Source: Clostridia bacterium (GTDB lineage Bacteria > Bacillota > Clostridia > UMGS1883). From it: 39,752 nucleotides of DNA. The notes under the pieces are model-generated. The model was not told the DNA's origin. It searched no databases and saw only the letters and a list, made by a program, of their open reading frames with translations. The stretch covers positions 1-39,752 of the forward strand of contig JBJDXJ010000030.1 of the NCBI GenBank assembly GCA_051866635.1, written 5' to 3'. Below are positions 26,083 through 33,727 of this stretch, piece after piece. Each line of letters starts with the position of its first letter. Positions within the stretch are counted from its first letter, which is position 1. A program made the translations under genes and the position numbers.

Positions 26083-26457
26083 TTACATTAAATTATACTT
26101 TCCCAAGGTTTTTACCCGTTCAAGCTCGTTTCTTATAATTTTGTCAACATTCAGATTAAGAGTGTTACAAAGAGAGATAATGTAATACAAATTTTCACCT
26201 ATTTCCTTTTCTATATTTGCTCTGCAATCGTCACACAAAACGCCTTTAATTTGTGTACCCCCGGAAGATGCAAATTCCACAACACTTTTCTTTCCTTCTA
26301 TTTCAATGCATCCACACCCTGTAACAGATTTAACCGTTGCCCTGTTTATTTTTGCATTTGACATTTGGAGCTTTGTTAAAATGTCTAAAACACTTTTATT
26401 CCAGATATGGTATTTTGATACTGTATCCTGAAATTCTTCGGTTAATGTTTTCTTCAT
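26083..26457 (-). CDS. Conserved clostridial hypothetical protein with CGC and CxxC motifs (possibly MazG-like all-alpha fold)
   Basis: FQDTV...NKSVLDILTK...INRA.VKSVTGCGCI...LCDDCR..IE.EIG..LYY...LCNTL; has its own promoter and terminator. Confidence 0.7.
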   Translation of the reverse strand: MKKTLTEEFQDTVSKYHIWNKSVLDILTKLQMSNAKINRATVKSVTGCGCIEIEGKKSVVEFASSGGTQIKGVLCDDCRANIEKEIGENLYYIISLCNTLNLNVDKIIRNELERVKTLGKYNLM

Positions 26458-26469
26458 TTACAACCCTCA

Positions 26470-26518
26470 TTTACAATTTTTGTAAAATAATTATATCAAT
26501 TTCACTGTACTTTGTCAA
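26470..26518 (-). promoter_or_regulatory. Consensus sigma-A promoter plus a downstream 7-3-7 palindrome
   Basis: TTGACA-17 bp-TATAAT (26490-26518); TTTACAA-TTT-TTGTAAA at 26470-26486. Confidence 0.7.
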
Positions 26519-26552
26519 CCAAAGCAGAAAAAAAGAATGAGAGAAAAATCCC

Positions 26553-26975
26553 TCATTCTTCGGCTTTAAATGCAAAAAAGCGTTGTCCTGTGTAATTAAA
26601 CACCACAAAGAAACCCATTCCGACAAGCATCGCAACATTTTCAATTATATTAGCCTTAATGGTTCCTTCAAAAATACGATTGAGTATAAAATAAGTTAAA
26701 GGTTTTGCCAAAGCATATGCCAATACATAGCATATTGCAATATTTACGGAAAACTTAATTACTTCCTTGCCTAAATTGCCTTTGCTTTTAAAAGTAAAGT
26801 ACTTATTAAGGAAAAAGCTCATTATACTTGTCAAAGTATAATTTATAGCACTTGAAAACCAATACCCCAAATGTGCAATATTGTAAAGAGTGAACATTAT
26901 GGCAGTTCCTACCAAAGTGTTCAATATGCCAACAAGCACAAATTTTATAAACTTTTCATCAATTAATTTCATCAT
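26553..26975 (-). CDS. GtrA-family flippase-like protein
   Basis: FIKFVLVGILNTLV...SFFLNKYFTF...NY..QRFFAF. Start moved to ATG 26975, overlapping the GT2 gene. Confidence 0.9.
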   Translation of the reverse strand: MMKLIDEKFIKFVLVGILNTLVGTAIMFTLYNIAHLGYWFSSAINYTLTSIMSFFLNKYFTFKSKGNLGKEVIKFSVNIAICYVLAYALAKPLTYFILNRIFEGTIKANIIENVAMLVGMGFFVVFNYTGQRFFAFKAEE

Positions 26976-27903
26976 GTTCTGTTTCCTTAACCACATAAAT
27001 GGGACGACTTTTAGTTTCAAGATAGGTTTTCTCCAAATACTGACCCAGTATGCCTATCATAAGAAGCTGAATTCCCCCAAGTAAAAGTATGATACAAACA
27101 AGGGTGGGAAAGCCTGCAACAGCTTCACCGAAAACCAAAGTTTTAATAACAGTTATAATCCCGAAAATAAAAGCGATGGCACAAAAGACAACACCCAACC
27201 ATGAAGACATTTTAAGTGGTGCTGTAGAAAAAGCTGTAATACCGTCTATAGAATATGCAAACAGCTTCTTAAAAGACCACTTAGTCTCCCCTGCAACTCT
27301 TGCAACATTTTCAAAGGGAATCCACTTTGTTTCAAATCCAACCCAACTGAAAATTCCCTTTGAAAAACGGTTAACTTCACTTAATTTTAAAATAGCATCA
27401 ACCATTTTTCTTGTCATCATCCTGTAGTCACAGGCACCGGGAACGATATTTGTATCTGACAGCTTGTCCATTAAGGAGTAAAACCGCATCGCAAAGAATG
27501 AACGTATTTTAGGCTCCCCTTCTCTTTTTATTCTGCGTGTGGCAACGCAGTCATAGCCTTCTTCCCTTATACCCTTGTACATTTCGGGAATAAACTTAGG
27601 AGGATGCTGTAAATCTGCATCCATAACTACAACTAAGTTGCCCACTGCTTCCTTAAAGCCGGCATACATTGCCGCTTCTTTGCCGAAATTTCTGGAAAAT
27701 GAAACATATCTTACACGCTTATCTTTTTCATGTAGATTTCTTAAAACCTTTAATGTGTTATCCTTTGAGCCGTCATTTACAAAAATATACTCAAACTCGG
27801 CTTTATCCTTCATCATTTCAGAAATTTCTGTTATTTCCTCATAAAAGTAAGGCAGTGATAATTCTTCATTATAACAAGGCACTATTACCGATATTTTGTC
27901 CAT
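26959..27903 (-). CDS. GT2 undecaprenyl-phosphate glycosyltransferase (GtrB/CsbB-like)
   Basis: ISVIVPCYNEE, VNDGSKD, FSRNFGKEAA, MDADLQHPP, two C-terminal TMs, RPIY. Confidence 0.93.
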   Translation of the reverse strand: MDKISVIVPCYNEELSLPYFYEEITEISEMMKDKAEFEYIFVNDGSKDNTLKVLRNLHEKDKRVRYVSFSRNFGKEAAMYAGFKEAVGNLVVVMDADLQHPPKFIPEMYKGIREEGYDCVATRRIKREGEPKIRSFFAMRFYSLMDKLSDTNIVPGACDYRMMTRKMVDAILKLSEVNRFSKGIFSWVGFETKWIPFENVARVAGETKWSFKKLFAYSIDGITAFSTAPLKMSSWLGVVFCAIAFIFGIITVIKTLVFGEAVAGFPTLVCIILLLGGIQLLMIGILGQYLEKTYLETKSRPIYVVKETEHDEIN

Positions 27904-30544
27904 GCTTTTTCCTCCTTGTATAAACTATCACACCTATAAGAACAACAAGTGCAACAAATGAAATTATAACACCTACAGTAAAGCCTTCGGGAGAATACTT
28001 CAAAACAATATTATGATTTCCCTTTGTAAGTTTAACAGCTATCATTGCATCTTCAAAGGGTTCAATCACAGTTTCCTTACCGTCAACATACATTCTCCAT
28101 CCGTCTTCATAAGGTATGGATGTGTAAAGGTAACCGTCTTTCTTTACATCAATATTTCCTTCAATATATGTTGATTTGTATGCTGTTATTTCAAGCTGTT
28201 CATCTTTTAAAAGTTCCATTCCCTGTTCAAAAAGCTCAGAATTCAAGGAGTATACTCTGAACACCAAATCCTTCTTTTTGGGGAAATCACTATTCAGTTT
28301 AAATTCAAAAGTAAACTTCTCCCCTTCGTTATATTGTCCTACAGGGAAAATATACTTTCTTTTCACAGCCTTATAGCTTGTATTGTCAATTGAAACACTG
28401 TCTGCACAAACACAATCGATATATGCAAAAATCGGGTTTGTGTCAGGTGCAACATAGTTTATCTCAAGCTTTTTGTCTGTCTCGCCTTCTTCTAAAGTGA
28501 TATCATACTTTCCGTCACTGCCGAACACCTTAACAGTATTTGAAGAAGGAACTGACGCAATGTCCATACGGGTAAACAAATCACCTTCAAGTCCTGTTGC
28601 TTTCCTGAACAAATCGTTCTGTATTTCAAATGCATTTTTTCCGTTAATTCCTTCTGCCAAAGTGTTTTCAGTCATAAATCCCAAGGAAAGATACTGAGTA
28701 TTTTTGTAAATATCTATATTATATTTTCCGTCCTCGGTAACGGTGCTTTCTTCCTTGACCAGATAGGGGTTAAGGTTTTTCATGCTGTTTTTGAAAATAA
28801 CCCTTTCCACAGAAAGAAAAGCATTTGTTAGAGGAGATGTTGTTTCGTAATAATATCTGTTGGCACGAGGAGGAGCACATATAGCTAACTTTTCCATCAA
28901 CTTTGTAACATTATAATTTGCCGTAGATGAGAATGTAGACACGCCTTTATATCCATACAATGCCGGGTCATTAAGAATAAATTCCTGTGCAGTTTCCACT
29001 CTGCCCAAGGAAGATTTTGCATCAACTCTTTCAAGAAGTTCTTCAATTTCCTCGCCACGGTAATAGTATGTTGAATAAGTTGTTGTTCTTACTGTTGGCA
29101 CGGCAATTACCGTGTTAACGATTACTTCCAGCACAACCAAACTGCAAATCAGTTTTGTCCAGTTTTCTTTTCTGTTGCTCTTCTTTTCAGAAAAATAGGA
29201 CTGCATAGCCACAACATATACAACAGCCAAAGCAAAGGAGGCTAAAATAGTGGCAGTTTTCGCTTCTTTCATTGCACAGAAATTAACAACTGCCGCAAGG
29301 ATAAAGGCAACAGCCAATCCGATTTTAACACCTGATTTATTTACGCCTTCCCCATCTTCGGTAAATATTTCACGGTATGTCCTGTAGCCTGTTGAAATAA
29401 GAACAAATGACAGTATAAATGCATATCTGTAAGGCACCATATTTGGTTTATGAAAGCCGTGCCAGATAATATCAATATTACTTACACTCATACTTATCAA
29501 AAGCAGTGCAATCATACAAAAAACTGCAATTTTTTCACGGAGCGATATTTTCTTTGCGGAAAAGAAAAATCCCAAAAGCATTACTGAGATTAAACCGCTG
29601 AATATATTGGGAAGCCCGGACTTTGGCACAGGCTCGTTAAACGTAGCAAGCCTACCTGTTACATCCCCTATATCCTTACCGAATTCTTTAACAGAGTCCA
29701 TTACCTTTTCTGAAAATGTTTTTTCTGTTGTGGTTTTAGGCACACTGCTTACAGTATCTCCCAGAGTATTGTATGCAGGTATTGTAATAAAAGCTGTCAA
29801 TGCCAGTGCAACAACAGAAGAAACCCCTATTAAAAGGAGTTTTTGTAAAAACTCCTTTATTTTCAAATTTGATTTTAAACATTCTGCAAAGAAGTAAATG
29901 GCAGTAAATATACAAACCATAAACCCTATATAAAAGTTGAATATAACCGAAAGAGCCAAAGAAATAACATATAATACAACTTTGTTTTCTTTAACAAGAA
30001 GATAAACACCAAGCATTACAAGAGGCAACATTGCCACTGTATCAAGCCACATAATATTCCAGTAGTATCCCAAAACATATCCGCAAAGGGCATACAGTGC
30101 AGAAAATGCCACCGTTGAAAAGTCGTAGCTTTTAAACACCTTTTTCAGGTATATTGAGAAAAACAGACCTGAAAAGCCTACCTTTAAGGCTACAATAACA
30201 GTTACAAGATCTCTTAAAGCTTCCTTTGACACAAAAATTGTAAGTATGTTCAAAGGGCTTGCACAATAATATGCAATCAAAGACAAGAAATTAATGCCTA
30301 AACCTATACCCTCGGCATAAAGAAGGCTACCACCTGTTTTAAGTGCCTCTTGTAATGTGCAAAGGAAAGGATAATACTGATGCCAGAAGTCTGTTACAAT
30401 AATTTGTTTGTCACCAAAGGGGTGAACATGGTTAAATGCAAAAACCACATATAACACAAGGGCGGGCAGCATAAAAGATGCTGCCCCTATAATAAACGAT
30501 TTACTTCTAAAAAATGATTTAATTTTATTCATCATCGTTTTCAA
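27869..30544 (-). CDS. YfhO-family GT-C membrane glycosyltransferase
   Basis: PFG......D..HQYYPF, YY.ASP.N, NIMWLD...LPL, NFYIGFM.CIF, WHGF..PN..PYRY.F, SIPYEDGW...VDG. Confidence 0.9.
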   Translation of the reverse strand: MKTMMNKIKSFFRSKSFIIGAASFMLPALVLYVVFAFNHVHPFGDKQIIVTDFWHQYYPFLCTLQEALKTGGSLLYAEGIGLGINFLSLIAYYCASPLNILTIFVSKEALRDLVTVIVALKVGFSGLFFSIYLKKVFKSYDFSTVAFSALYALCGYVLGYYWNIMWLDTVAMLPLVMLGVYLLVKENKVVLYVISLALSVIFNFYIGFMVCIFTAIYFFAECLKSNLKIKEFLQKLLLIGVSSVVALALTAFITIPAYNTLGDTVSSVPKTTTEKTFSEKVMDSVKEFGKDIGDVTGRLATFNEPVPKSGLPNIFSGLISVMLLGFFFSAKKISLREKIAVFCMIALLLISMSVSNIDIIWHGFHKPNMVPYRYAFILSFVLISTGYRTYREIFTEDGEGVNKSGVKIGLAVAFILAAVVNFCAMKEAKTATILASFALAVVYVVAMQSYFSEKKSNRKENWTKLICSLVVLEVIVNTVIAVPTVRTTTYSTYYYRGEEIEELLERVDAKSSLGRVETAQEFILNDPALYGYKGVSTFSSTANYNVTKLMEKLAICAPPRANRYYYETTSPLTNAFLSVERVIFKNSMKNLNPYLVKEESTVTEDGKYNIDIYKNTQYLSLGFMTENTLAEGINGKNAFEIQNDLFRKATGLEGDLFTRMDIASVPSSNTVKVFGSDGKYDITLEEGETDKKLEINYVAPDTNPIFAYIDCVCADSVSIDNTSYKAVKRKYIFPVGQYNEGEKFTFEFKLNSDFPKKKDLVFRVYSLNSELFEQGMELLKDEQLEITAYKSTYIEGNIDVKKDGYLYTSIPYEDGWRMYVDGKETVIEPFEDAMIAVKLTKGNHNIVLKYSPEGFTVGVIISFVALVVLIGVIVYTRRKKHGQNIGNSALL

Positions 30545-30545
30545 C

Positions 30546-31436
30546 TCAATTCTTTGTATCGGTCATAACTTCCTTTAAAGAAGCCGCAAGTGCAGTAAGA
30601 TTTTGAATTTCGGAAGGTATAATAAGCTTAGTGGCATTGCCGTCAGCAACCTTTTCCAAAGCCTCAAGGCTTCTGATAGAAATTGTTTCTTTTGTGGGAT
30701 TAGCCTGATTAATAAGCTCAATGCCTTTGGCAATTGCAGTCTGTACCTGTAAAATAGCTTCTGCATCACCTTCGGCTTCACGGATTTTTGCTTCCTTCTT
30801 AGCTTCAGCACGCAAAATTGCACTTTCCTTTTCACCTTCGGCTACCAAAACCGCACTGCGTTTTTCACCTTCGGCACGCAAAATTGCCTCTCTTCTTTCT
30901 CGCTCTGCCTTCATCTGCTTTTCCATGGCATCCTGTATTTCAGAAGGAGGAATAATATTCTTAAGTTCAACACGGTTGATCTTAATACCCCAAGGGTCAG
31001 TTGCTTCATCAAGAATTGTACGCATTTTTGCATTTACAATATCACGTGAAGTAAGTGTTTCGTCAAGCTCCATTTCACCGATAATGTTACGAAGCGTTGT
31101 TGCAGTCAAAGTTTCAATAGCCATCATGGGATGTTCAACACCATAGCAATACAGTTTTGGGTCTGTAATCTGGAAATACACTACAGTATCAATCTGCATT
31201 GTTACATTATCCTTAGTAATAACTGCCTGAGGACGGAAATCTGCAACTCTTTCCTTAAGGTTTACATTTGCCGCTATACGGTCAATAAACGGAACTTTTA
31301 CATGAAGACCTACGCCCCATGTTTCTTTATATGCACCCAATCTTTCAACAACCATAGCTTTTGCCTGGGGCACAATTTTAATATTTGCTATTACAACTAT
31401 CAAAGCAATTATAATCAATACAACCAAAAATTCCAT
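30546..31436 (-). CDS. SPFH/band 7 (stomatin/QmcA-like) protein
   Basis: IVPQ...VVERLG.Y, VITKDNV, TTLRNIIG...LDETLTSRD, WGIKINRVE, QMKAERERR. Confidence 0.95.
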   Translation of the reverse strand: MEFLVVLIIIALIVVIANIKIVPQAKAMVVERLGAYKETWGVGLHVKVPFIDRIAANVNLKERVADFRPQAVITKDNVTMQIDTVVYFQITDPKLYCYGVEHPMMAIETLTATTLRNIIGEMELDETLTSRDIVNAKMRTILDEATDPWGIKINRVELKNIIPPSEIQDAMEKQMKAERERREAILRAEGEKRSAVLVAEGEKESAILRAEAKKEAKIREAEGDAEAILQVQTAIAKGIELINQANPTKETISIRSLEALEKVADGNATKLIIPSEIQNLTALAASLKEVMTDTKN

Positions 31437-31445
31437 AAATACACC

Positions 31446-31865
31446 TCACACTTTCTTTACAACAAGCTTAACGCCTTCAATTGCCGTAACTTCTACTAAA
31501 CTGTCTTTTTCAATATGTTCGTCAGCCTTTGCAGACCAAATGCGGCCGCACACATCTACCTCTCCCGCTTTACCTACAGGTTCTATATCTTTCTTAACAA
31601 AGCCCTTCGCCCCGATTAATCTGTCGGCATTTGTAGGTTCATGCTTAGGCTGAAAATTTTTATTATAAAACTTTTTAAAAACTACCAAAGACAATGCGGA
31701 AACAAGTGCAAAAACAACCATGGAGGTTGATACGTCAATGCCAAAGTATGTACATATTGCCGCCGCCAAAGCACCTAAGGCAAACCATACAGAAACCATA
31801 GATGTTGTTACAGCCTCCACAATCAGGAATATAACCATTGCACAAATCCAATAAACAGTATTCAT
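31446..31865 (-). CDS. NfeD-family (short, OB-fold) partner of the SPFH protein
   Basis: W......LIVE, TNADRLIG..G.V, G.V...G..WSA, V.V..IEGVKLVV. Confidence 0.92.
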   Translation of the reverse strand: MNTVYWICAMVIFLIVEAVTTSMVSVWFALGALAAAICTYFGIDVSTSMVVFALVSALSLVVFKKFYNKNFQPKHEPTNADRLIGAKGFVKKDIEPVGKAGEVDVCGRIWSAKADEHIEKDSLVEVTAIEGVKLVVKKV

Positions 31866-31877
31866 AATAAGCCTCTT

Positions 31878-33020
31878 TTACATAGAAATCAATATATTGT
31901 ATTCAGCCAATCTGTTAAGTAAGACTGCAGCTTCTGCCCTTGTCATATTGTCCTTAGGACGGATAAGACCGTTATCATCGCCTATAATAAGCTTTGCACG
32001 GATAAGACCTGCAACAGAATTCTTTGCATATTCCGAAATCTGCTCCTTATCGGAAAACTTACCAATATAATCTTCGGGAATTATTTCACTTCTTGCCTTA
32101 TTCATTTTAAGCATTGTCCTAAATACCAAGGCACAAATTTCTTCCCTTGTAATATATTCATCGGGGCGGAAATTATTATCGTAACCTAAAGCAATGCCCA
32201 TTGATTTGGCAGTTAAAATATGTTCATACTGATAACTTTCCAGACTGACATCACTGAAGTTTTCTATATCGGTATCTTTCTTTTGCTTACATACACGCAT
32301 AAGCATAGTAATAAACTCACCACGTGTGATGTTCACACCGGGATTATATGAAGTATCTGCAATGTTTTCCAGAACGCCAAGTTCATACATAACACCAACC
32401 GCTTTTTCAGCCCAATCATAACCGAGCATATCTTCAAAAGGTGTAAGGGGCTTAGGTTCTTCAATAATCATCTTATCGCTTCCGTCTGTGTCTTCAAATA
32501 TTATAAGCTTAAAGTCACACACCTCAAGGTCATAAAATCCGTTTTCATTAATCTTTCCAAGTAAGCAATCATCCGACAAATCTATTGTAAATTCACCGGG
32601 TGCAACAGCTTCAAAAAGAATTGAAACAACAACCTCTTCCTCTATTCCGGAAATCTGGTTGTCGTAGCCTTCAATTTTAAAAGTACCCTCTTCATTGTCA
32701 AACTGATTTGTAAGAATACCGAAACGGGAATTTGAATACACGGGTGCTACAATTGTAGCTATTGAATTGTCAAAAGTACCGTAAATACCTGCTGTAAGAA
32801 ATCCGGGTGCACTTGTTACAAAATCAACAAGGAACTGGTCTCCCACTTCAACACCCATACCTTCAGGATAGGTATCTATGGTTGTAAATATCCCGCCTTG
32901 CAGCATGTATTTTACAGAACCTCCGCCAATTACACCGATAGGCACACTGTCCTCGGCAAAAATTGCCAAAGGCATTGAAAGCATACATATTGCCAGAATT
33001 AATGATACAAACCTTTTCAT
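31878..33020 (-). CDS. Surface protein with a cohesin-like domain and three SLH repeats
   Basis: Signal peptide; VEVGDQFLVDF...FDNS...ILFEAVAPGEFTI (cohesin-like); FEDMLGYDWA, ITRGEF, FRPDEYITREE, IRPKDNMTRAEAA (SLH). Confidence 0.8.
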   Translation of the reverse strand: MKRFVSLILAICMLSMPLAIFAEDSVPIGVIGGGSVKYMLQGGIFTTIDTYPEGMGVEVGDQFLVDFVTSAPGFLTAGIYGTFDNSIATIVAPVYSNSRFGILTNQFDNEEGTFKIEGYDNQISGIEEEVVVSILFEAVAPGEFTIDLSDDCLLGKINENGFYDLEVCDFKLIIFEDTDGSDKMIIEEPKPLTPFEDMLGYDWAEKAVGVMYELGVLENIADTSYNPGVNITRGEFITMLMRVCKQKKDTDIENFSDVSLESYQYEHILTAKSMGIALGYDNNFRPDEYITREEICALVFRTMLKMNKARSEIIPEDYIGKFSDKEQISEYAKNSVAGLIRAKLIIGDDNGLIRPKDNMTRAEAAVLLNRLAEYNILISM

Positions 33021-33040
33021 ATTATCTCCTTAAGCTCTAA

Positions 33041-33580
33041 TTACTGTTCTACAACTTCAGGCTGTGTATAGCTTGTTACATAATAACCGCCATCTACAAG
33101 ACCGATGTTAATCTGATACTGTTCTGTACTGCCGTCTCTCATAATGCAAGAAACACTGGAACTGTAGCTGTTCTTTTCACCATCAATTTCTTCAACTGAA
33201 CCCATAAGCATTTCCAAAGGCATAGAATTTACATCAGTTGTGCCAAGCTCAGGTGAATAATAGAAATTCCAACAACCAAATCTTGACTTCATCTGCTGAA
33301 GATAAACCTCCTTAAGGTCGGGAGAAAAGATTGCATACAAAATAGCACCGTTACCCTGCATCTTAGCCTGACGCCAGTTGCGGACAACTTCATCCACGCT
33401 CTGTGCTCTGTAACCATTAAGTTTTGCCGCAGAAGCATCTAAATCAACATTCCAGAATTCTTCCTGAACTTCGGTACCTGTAATGGTACTCTTTTCAATC
33501 TTAGGGCCGAAGCATGCTGTAAGAGATAGTGCAAATACCACAACTGCCGCAAGAAGTAAACCTCTTTTAAATGTTTTCAT
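33041..33580 (-). CDS. Lipoprotein of unknown function
   Basis: Lipobox LTA-C after a basic/hydrophobic leader; W..A...GNGA..YAIFSPDLK motif. Confidence 0.75.
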   Translation of the reverse strand: MKTFKRGLLLAAVVVFALSLTACFGPKIEKSTITGTEVQEEFWNVDLDASAAKLNGYRAQSVDEVVRNWRQAKMQGNGAILYAIFSPDLKEVYLQQMKSRFGCWNFYYSPELGTTDVNSMPLEMLMGSVEEIDGEKNSYSSSVSCIMRDGSTEQYQINIGLVDGGYYVTSYTQPEVVEQ

Positions 33581-33616
33581 AATATAATCCTCCTAAGTGT
33601 ATAATTCTATAATTTT

Positions 33617-33645
33617 ATTATACATTATTTTTCTATTCATTTCAA
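33617..33645 (-). promoter_or_regulatory. Sigma-A promoter of the 7-gene lipoprotein-to-gtrA operon
   Basis: Minus strand TTGAAA-17 bp-TATAAT. Confidence 0.6.
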
Positions 33646-33678
33646 CTAAATAATTGAAAATATTTATCCTTTATGATG

Positions 33679-33713
33679 AAAAAACGGTACAATGCAAAGC
33701 ACCGTACCGTTTC
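33679..33713 (-). terminator. Terminator of the large SLH gene
   Basis: Minus strand AAACGGTACGGTGC-ttt-GCATTGTACCGTTTTTT (G-U pairs) with U-tract. Confidence 0.7.
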
Positions 33714-33727
33714 ATTCCAATCATCTA

